Positions 33,239-39,074 of a DNA stretch of 39,074 nt are shown here, piece by piece; within the stretch, counting starts at the first letter, position 1, and each line of letters starts with the position of its first letter. The notes below the pieces were generated by a model. It saw nothing but the letters and a program-made list of their open reading frames with translations. It was not told the DNA's origin and did no database searches. The position numbers and the translations under genes were made by a program. This DNA comes from Dehalococcoidia bacterium (GTDB lineage: Bacteria; Chloroflexota; Dehalococcoidia; GIF9; AB-539-J10), in NCBI GenBank assembly GCA_022866545.1, contig JALHUO010000041.1, positions 1 to 39,074 on the forward strand. The letters are read 5' to 3'.

Positions 33239-34107
33239 AATTCTCCAAGTTACAGGCCACAGGTAATGATTTCATTCTGGTTGATGCCAGAACTGCGGAA
33301 GCAGAATGGTCAGAATTGGCTCGAGCTATGTGCGACCGCCACTTTGGGGCAGGAGCTGATGGCTTGACACTGGTACAGAATTCGACCATCGCTGATTTGA
33401 AGATGCGTCTTTTTAATTCCGACGGCTCTGAGGCTGAGGTTTCCGGGAACGGGCTGAGATGCTTCGCCAAGTATGCTATTGAGAAAGGATTGACTGGCAA
33501 GAGGTCGTCGCAAGCGGGGCAAAGGGCTCGCTCTCTGTCCATAGAGACCCTGTCGGGCGTGAGAAGGGTCAAAGCTCATATGTCCGGGAACAAGGTCACC
33601 CGGGCCGATGTAAATATGGGCTTGCCCCGGTTCCAACTAGAGCAGATTCCAGTCAAAGTTGGATCTGACATAATACCGATATTGGATTATTCTCTGGTGA
33701 TAGATGGAAAGAAGTTGATTTTGTCTCTTCTATCCATGGGGAATCCACACGCCGTGAGCTTCTTATCTGAGCCAGTTGCTGATTTTCCGTTAGCTGATAT
33801 AGGACCGAAAGTAGAGAGGCATCCCGTGTTCCCGCAGAGGACCAATTTTGAGGTAGCCAGGGTCTTGAGCAGGGGAAAGGTAGAGGCCAGGGTGTGGGAG
33901 CGTGGTGTTGGGGAGACTCTGGCGTGCGGCAGCGGCGCCTCCGCTATAGCGGTGGCCGCTCAATTATTAGACTATGTGGATGAGCAAGTGGACATAATAC
34001 TCGCAGGTGGAACTTTGACCGTATCCTGGGATAGGGTAGGAAACGTGTTGCTTGCTGGCCCGGTGGAAGAAATCTTCACGGGCGAATGGCTTGAAGGAAA
34101 GAGTTGA
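33235..34107 (+). CDS. dapF: Diaminopimelate epimerase
   Basis: Motifs: KLQATGNDFILVD, and the catalytic Cys motifs SGNGLRC and ACGSGASA. The ATG overlaps the miaA stop (ATGA). Confidence 0.95.
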   Translation: MKFSKLQATGNDFILVDARTAEAEWSELARAMCDRHFGAGADGLTLVQNSTIADLKMRLFNSDGSEAEVSGNGLRCFAKYAIEKGLTGKRSSQAGQRARSLSIETLSGVRRVKAHMSGNKVTRADVNMGLPRFQLEQIPVKVGSDIIPILDYSLVIDGKKLILSLLSMGNPHAVSFLSEPVADFPLADIGPKVERHPVFPQRTNFEVARVLSRGKVEARVWERGVGETLACGSGASAIAVAAQLLDYVDEQVDIILAGGTLTVSWDRVGNVLLAGPVEEIFTGEWLEGKS

Positions 34108-35276
34108 TGGAATTAGCCAGAAGACTTGATAGATTGCCTCCGTATCTGTTTGTAGAAATAAATCGGAGGATCGGTGAGCTTAGGGCTAGAGGTAAAGACA
34201 TAATCGATTTTGGCATCGGTGACCCTGATTTACCAACGCCATCTCATATTGTTGAACGTCTGTGCCAGGCAGCACATGATCCTGTAAATCATCGCTATCC
34301 AGAGACCGATGGGCTGGCGGAACTTCGTGAGGCCATTGCCGAGTGGTATGAGAGACGCTTCGGAGTCACCTTGAATCCGGCCAAAGAAGTCCTGCCGCTT
34401 CTTGGTTCCAAGGAGGGGATTGGGCACATGGCACTATGCTTCATGGAGCCTGGTGACCTGGCGTTGGTTCCCGACCCGGGCTATCCGCCATTTTCTCTGG
34501 GCACCATATTAGCCGGTGGCGAACCTTACTTTATGCCTTTGAAGGAGGAAAACGATTTCTTGCCCGATTTTGACGCTATTCCGGATGAGGTTGCCGACAA
34601 GGCAAAGCTCATGTGGCTTAATTATCCCAATAATCCCACAGGCGCTACGGCTGGCCTGGATTTCTTTGAGAGAGCAATTCATTTCGCACAGCAACATGGC
34701 CTGGCAATCTGTCATGACGCTCCTTATACCGAGGTTGCCTTTGATGGTTACAAGGCACCGAGCTTTCTGCAGACACCTGGGGCAAAGAACATAGGAGTTG
34801 AATTTCATTCCCTGTCTAAAACTTACCACATGACAGGATGGAGAGTCGGCATGATGGTAGGTAATGCTGACATGGTGAACGCCTTGTTCAGAGTCAAAAC
34901 CAACCTGGATTCGGGAGTTCCCCAGGCAATTCAATATGCTGCTGTGGAAGCTCTGCGCGGCTCCCAGGAACACATTGCCAAGCATAACGCCATTTTCCAA
35001 CAGCGTCGAGATAGACTGGTAACAGTCCTTAACGATGTAGGGCTGAAGGCCAGAATACCCAAGGCAACCTTTTATATCTGGGCTAAGATTCCCCCGGGAT
35101 ATACATCCATAGACTTTGCCAAGAAGTTGCTGGACGAGGTTGGCATAGCGGTAACTCCGGGAATTGGGTATGGTAGGGAGGGAGAGGGCTACATCAGATT
35201 TTCCCTGACCATTTCTGATGACCGTCTGGAAGAGGGGGTGAATCGCTTATCATCCTGGCAGGGGAGGAGGAGATAA
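34107..35276 (+). CDS. dapL: Class I/II aminotransferase, probably LL-diaminopimelate aminotransferase (DapL type)
   Basis: ATG 34107 overlaps the dapF TGA by 1 nt (the ORF track starts at TTG 34104). Motifs: LPPYLFVEINRR..G.DIIDFGIGDPDLPTP, and SLSKTYHMTGWRVG (PLP lysine). The position next to dapF supports the DapL assignment, but specificity is inferred. Confidence 0.75.
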   Translation: MELARRLDRLPPYLFVEINRRIGELRARGKDIIDFGIGDPDLPTPSHIVERLCQAAHDPVNHRYPETDGLAELREAIAEWYERRFGVTLNPAKEVLPLLGSKEGIGHMALCFMEPGDLALVPDPGYPPFSLGTILAGGEPYFMPLKEENDFLPDFDAIPDEVADKAKLMWLNYPNNPTGATAGLDFFERAIHFAQQHGLAICHDAPYTEVAFDGYKAPSFLQTPGAKNIGVEFHSLSKTYHMTGWRVGMMVGNADMVNALFRVKTNLDSGVPQAIQYAAVEALRGSQEHIAKHNAIFQQRRDRLVTVLNDVGLKARIPKATFYIWAKIPPGYTSIDFAKKLLDEVGIAVTPGIGYGREGEGYIRFSLTISDDRLEEGVNRLSSWQGRRR

Positions 35277-35305
35277 AGCAGAAACTCTTTACCACCGAAT
35301 CCAAG

Positions 35306-36424
35306 GTGGAGCAAGCACTCCTGGTAGGGGTAGGAAGCAAGGTCTCCAAGCATGATTGGTCAATTGCAGATTCTTTGGAAGAGCTGTCCCATCTGACGAA
35401 GACAGCGGGAGCTAGTGTAGTAGCTACACTGACTCAGAAACTGGACACGCCTTCACCTGCCTATTATATAGGCAAGGGTAAAATTGAGGAGCTAATCAAC
35501 CTCAAAGATCAAACCAAGTACGACATGGTAGTATTTGATGACGAGCTGTCGCCACGGCAGCAGAGAAACCTTGAAGAGGCATTGGGAGTCAAGGTCATTG
35601 ACCGCACTGCTCTGATTCTACACATATTCGCCCGGAAAGCTCGGACCCACGAAGGAAAACTCCAGGTTGAACTGGCCCAGCACCAGTATCTTCTGCCCCG
35701 GCTCATCGGGCAGTGGCGCCATTTGGAGAGGCTTGGCGGTGGCATTGGCACCAGAGGTCCGGGAGAATCACAACTTGAAACCGATCGCCGTCTTATCCAT
35801 AAACGTATCAATCTCCTTCAGAACAAGATAGAAAGTATCAGGAAGCAGCGATCACTCTACCGGAGGCGCCGCAAGGAGACTGGCATACCGATTGTAGCTC
35901 TCGTCGGCTATACCAACGCGGGCAAGAGCACGTTATTTAACACCTTGAGCAAAGCCAGCGTGGATGTGGAGAACAGGCTCTTTTCTACCCTGGATCCGGT
36001 GACCCGGCGTGTGGCTCTGCCCACCGGGCAACAGTTTCTAATCACGGATACCGTTGGCTTTATTCACAAGCTCCCGCCTTCGATCATTGCCGCGTTCCGT
36101 GCTACCCTGGAGGAACTGGATGAGGCTGATTTGCTTTTGCATATAGTTGACATAACACACAAGAATGCCGCCAATCAGTGCCTCACAGTAGAGAATATAC
36201 TGAGAGAGCTGAATCTGGAGGACAAGCCAAGAATCACCGTGTTCAACAAGCTAGACTTGGCTCTCGGTAGTGAAGTGGAACTCAAAGCATTGACCGGTGT
36301 TCCTGGCTTGGAGGAAGAAATCGTATTGCCGAGCAAGGATGTTGCTCTCATCTCTGCTGCCAAAGGATGGGGACTGGACGAGCTTCTAAATAGGATAGTT
36401 CATCGACTCCGGGGGACAGACTAG
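35306..36424 (+). CDS. hflX: GTPase HflX
   Basis: It has an HflX N-terminal domain. GTPase motifs are G1 GYTNAGKSTLFN, G3 DTVGF and G4 NKLD. The GTG start is uncertain because no clear SD is present. Confidence 0.92.
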   Translation: MEQALLVGVGSKVSKHDWSIADSLEELSHLTKTAGASVVATLTQKLDTPSPAYYIGKGKIEELINLKDQTKYDMVVFDDELSPRQQRNLEEALGVKVIDRTALILHIFARKARTHEGKLQVELAQHQYLLPRLIGQWRHLERLGGGIGTRGPGESQLETDRRLIHKRINLLQNKIESIRKQRSLYRRRRKETGIPIVALVGYTNAGKSTLFNTLSKASVDVENRLFSTLDPVTRRVALPTGQQFLITDTVGFIHKLPPSIIAAFRATLEELDEADLLLHIVDITHKNAANQCLTVENILRELNLEDKPRITVFNKLDLALGSEVELKALTGVPGLEEEIVLPSKDVALISAAKGWGLDELLNRIVHRLRGTD

Positions 36425-36436
36425 ACAGGCCGACTA

Positions 36437-37147
36437 TTACTGCTGATCTCTTTCGCCAAATATTCTGGTGCCAATCCTGATTATATTGGCCCCTTCTTCT
36501 ATGGCAACCTTATAAGAATCGGTCATGCCCATGGAAAGATGTCTCATCTCGACATTGGGCAACTTGAGTCCCTTGATTCTTTCAAATACTCTTCTTGTCT
36601 CGACAAAGTAAGGTCTGAAGTCTTCAGGGTTGCCAAAACTTGGTCCCATAGTCATAAGCCCCATCACTTTAATACTTCCAAGGCCGGATATTTCTCTTAC
36701 TAATCGTTCTGCATCCTCGGGGAGCACTCCTGATTTCTGGGGCTCTCTGCCGCTGTTCACTTCGATCAATACTGGCATTACTTTGCCAATCTGAGCACAC
36801 TTTCTATCAATTTCCCAAGCTATCTCTAAAGAATCGACGCTTTCTATCATGTCGAATATCTCCAGCACCGCTCTTCTGATATTATGCTTCTGTAGGGTTC
36901 CAATGAAATGCCATTTCGCGCTTCTCCCCACTAATTCATATGCCTCTTTTGCTTCCTTGACATAATTTTCTCCGATGATCTTTATTCTGGCCTGAACAGC
37001 TTCCAGCACTTCTTCCGGTGTTCTCGCTTTTGCTGCTGCTACCACCTCGATTCCATCAGGGAGTTCAGCCAACAATTTGGCAACATTTCGTTTGATCGAC
37101 TGGCTGGCCATGTCATGATTGTAATTCATCGAGCTTGTCAGCTTCAA
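36437..37147 (-). CDS. yggS: YggS-family pyridoxal-phosphate homeostasis protein
   Basis: Motifs: KIIGENYVKEA, WHFIGTLQKHNIRR, LSMGMTDSY, IRIGTRIFG. The start is uncertain: TTG 37147, or internal ATGs at 37129 and 37111. Confidence 0.88.
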   Translation of the reverse strand: MKLTSSMNYNHDMASQSIKRNVAKLLAELPDGIEVVAAAKARTPEEVLEAVQARIKIIGENYVKEAKEAYELVGRSAKWHFIGTLQKHNIRRAVLEIFDMIESVDSLEIAWEIDRKCAQIGKVMPVLIEVNSGREPQKSGVLPEDAERLVREISGLGSIKVMGLMTMGPSFGNPEDFRPYFVETRRVFERIKGLKLPNVEMRHLSMGMTDSYKVAIEEGANIIRIGTRIFGERDQQ

Positions 37148-37348
37148 GGGAGAAGAAGTCTGGAGATACGGGAAGTGTTCACGCGGCTAACCAAAGTCGG
37201 GATGCCTGCGAGAAGTCATAGGGTAAATTGATTGCTCTAAGCACAAGAAGCGAGGAGGTTACCGTGACTCAATAGGGGGCACGGTGACACAAATTCAGCA
37301 GCCAGGATGAAAATGAGCCATTAGACAGTCTGCCCGGGCAAATAGGGA

Positions 37349-37378
37349 TTGACAAAAAAGAGCGTCTACAGGCATAAT
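37349..37378 (+). promoter_or_regulatory. Candidate sigma70-like promoter upstream of the Xer-like recombinase gene
   Basis: TTGACA (37349-37354), an 18-nt spacer, then CATAAT (37373-37378). A second TATAAT lies at 37388-37393. Confidence 0.35.
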
Positions 37379-37434
37379 GGGATTGAGTATAATATTTCTT
37401 ACACTCAGTTACAATTGTTACGGAGGTGAAGGCG

Positions 37435-38373
37435 ATGCTCCCGAGTGTTGATGACTTCTTACTGAATCTGCAGGCCAATAAATACTCTCCGGAGACGATT
37501 TACAACTATGAACGGGATCTAAATGTTTTCAGCAACTTTCTGGATGAGAGCGATATTCAATTTGATAAGGTTGATAAGCGCGCTATCACCTACTACAAAG
37601 CGTATTTGGTCTCGAGGGACCGCAAGACGTCGAAACTGGGAAAACCAGGCGAGAAGCAGCTTGATTCCCGCTCTATAAACCGCATGCTGTCGGCACTGAG
37701 GGCTTACTTGCGGTATTTAATTGACATCGACTGCCCTTGTCCCGTGCCGCCTGAGGCGGTGAAATTGACTAAGACCGGAAAGAAACATCCTCAGGTAGCT
37801 GAGCTTGGCGATTTGATTAGATTGATCGAAGCACCGGGTTCATTAGAGTCAAATGTCAAAACGGCTTTGAGAAACCGAGCTATGCTGGAGGTGCTATTTG
37901 CCACTGGCATGCGAATCTCTGAACTATGCGGTCTAAATCGCAGTCAAATCGACGATACCGGGCGGATTTTCATTACTGGCAAGGGTAGAAAGCAACGCTT
38001 CGTTTACTTAACTCCACGGGCTAAACAGCACCTGGATGCATATTTAGCGACCCGCCAGGATAATTGTCCTGCCCTTTTTATCCCTTATGCCGGCAGAAAT
38101 GTTGCTAAATTAAAGAAAAGGATTTCCACCAATTATCTTCAGGATAGAATTAAGAGATATCGGGAGAAATTAAGGATCAACGTTCCCACTTCAGCACATT
38201 CCCTGAGACATGGTTTTGCTACTTATCTGGCTGAACAAGGCGCTAATCCGGCGGCACTCCAAATTCTTCTGGGCCATGAGTCCCTGGATACCACCACCCG
38301 CTATGTTCATGCGTCCGACAAGTATGCTGAAGAGACTCACCGCAAATATCATCCCCTGGCTGACCCAGATTAA
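37435..38373 (+). CDS. Tyrosine recombinase, XerC/XerD-like
   Basis: GGAGG (37422-37426) lies 8 nt before ATG 37435 (the ORF track starts at GTG 37426). Motifs: TGMRISELCGL, HSLRHGFATYL, LGHESLDTTTRYVH. The gene sits in a core-gene context. Confidence 0.88.
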   Translation: MLPSVDDFLLNLQANKYSPETIYNYERDLNVFSNFLDESDIQFDKVDKRAITYYKAYLVSRDRKTSKLGKPGEKQLDSRSINRMLSALRAYLRYLIDIDCPCPVPPEAVKLTKTGKKHPQVAELGDLIRLIEAPGSLESNVKTALRNRAMLEVLFATGMRISELCGLNRSQIDDTGRIFITGKGRKQRFVYLTPRAKQHLDAYLATRQDNCPALFIPYAGRNVAKLKKRISTNYLQDRIKRYREKLRINVPTSAHSLRHGFATYLAEQGANPAALQILLGHESLDTTTRYVHASDKYAEETHRKYHPLADPD

Positions 38374-38492
38374 AGTCAGGCAGTTGGGACGTTATGTCAA
38401 TTAATACTGGGGGAAGATTGCCTGTAGGAAACCGAATGCCCGATTCTTAGACGTCGTATCGAGGAATCGTGACGAAATCGGAATACTATGCG

Positions 38493-39074
38493 TCACACCG
38501 ACACTCTAGAGGAGAATCTGGCTTTTTCCGCGAAATACCCTACCCTATCCCTGACTGATTTATCAAGCAAGCCTTTCCTATATGCCAGCGCATGCAAAAA
38601 AAGCTGCACATGTTGGGGCACTTGCCAGAGTTTCTTGTCGATGTAGCGATAGCCGTACCTGGCGGAACTCCCCGTCTTCTCTGTGGTAATCTTCTCACTT
38701 TTGTAGCCGATATCTTTCACCAAAGAAGGATCAAATCCGTTCTTTCTGGCTATGTTATCTAATACGCCATGAATGCCCGTGCCATGCTGTATGGCAAGCT
38801 TTTCTCTATTGGCGTATTTCTCGGGAATGCCGGTCTTTATGGCCAGTTGACGGTGCGGATGTTTGCCCAGGTGGTCTTTTTCGGAGGTTACTTTCAATTT
38901 GGATGCCACACTTATAGCTAAATTCACTACCTCGGTATCTAAATAAGGGAAAAATAGCTCGACACCATGCGCCATAGCTATCTTATTTTCTCTGTCCAGG
39001 GTTTCTATGTCTGCCCTGGAGAAATCGTCCTGCATCCTGCGGCAGAGTTCCTGACGACCGTCTTTGCCCAAAAC
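38493..39074 (-). CDS. Asparagine synthase-like (N-type ATP pyrophosphatase) protein, C-terminal part; the N-terminus lies beyond the right window edge
   Basis: The frame is open to nt 39074. AMAHGVELFFPYLDTEVV and KHPHRQLAIKTGIPEKYANREKLAIQHGTG resemble the AsnB C-terminal region. Confidence 0.7.
   Translation of the reverse strand, partial: VLGKDGRQELCRRMQDDFSRADIETLDRENKIAMAHGVELFFPYLDTEVVNLAISVASKLKVTSEKDHLGKHPHRQLAIKTGIPEKYANREKLAIQHGTGIHGVLDNIARKNGFDPSLVKDIGYKSEKITTEKTGSSARYGYRYIDKKLWQVPQHVQLFLHALAYRKGLLDKSVRDRVGYFAEKARFSSRVSV

Noticed and set aside
38374-38492. I looked for a bidirectional terminator between the convergent Xer-like and asparagine-synthase-like genes, and likewise at 25076-25110 and 36425-36436.
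   Set aside because: Only short (5-6 bp) imperfect stems are present, without U-tracts. I cannot support an intrinsic terminator call.

Overview
This is a prokaryotic 39-kb window (Shine-Dalgarno sites, sigma70-like promoters, overlapping stop/start codons) with three parts.

(1) nt 2-25075, + strand. Five tightly spaced, co-directional genes encode very large secreted or surface multidomain proteins (>=2,666, 1,566, ~1,451, ~2,098 and 515 aa).
- The first is an Rhs/YD-repeat protein cut by the left window edge.
- The next three combine parallel beta-helix, FN3/Ig-like, CarboxypepD_reg-like, Nbr1-FW, peptidase-like and helical modules.
- The four giants have unrelated N-terminal architectures, yet all end in the same ~144-aa module made of two 'AGWNM...KGYWVA' half-units. 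At DNA level these are four dispersed ~435-nt direct repeats with patches of nucleotide identity.
- The fifth protein instead carries four InlB-B-repeat-like units and a C-terminal TM anchor.
- I cannot match the shared tail to any named sorting or anchoring domain. This shared-tail surface-protein cassette cluster is my main candidate for an undescribed system.

(2) nt 25076-28368. This part holds a gene-poor stretch, a small translationally coupled gene pair, an excisionase-like gene, and a tyrosine integrase abutting the 3' end of tRNA-Arg(TCT). That is an integrative-element signature at the accessory/core boundary.

(3) nt 28422-39074. These are core genes: a three-gene zinc-ribbon mini-operon (including a 39-codon ORF missing from the ORF track), polyprenyl synthase, pgk, tpiA, miaA, dapF, a DapL-type aminotransferase, hflX, yggS, a Xer-like recombinase, and a 5'-truncated asparagine-synthase-like gene.

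I saw no rRNA, CRISPR array, transposase or reverse transcriptase. Taxonomy cannot be determined from the window; a Chloroflexota-like origin is only a guess. All domain calls come from motif recognition by eye, not from searches.
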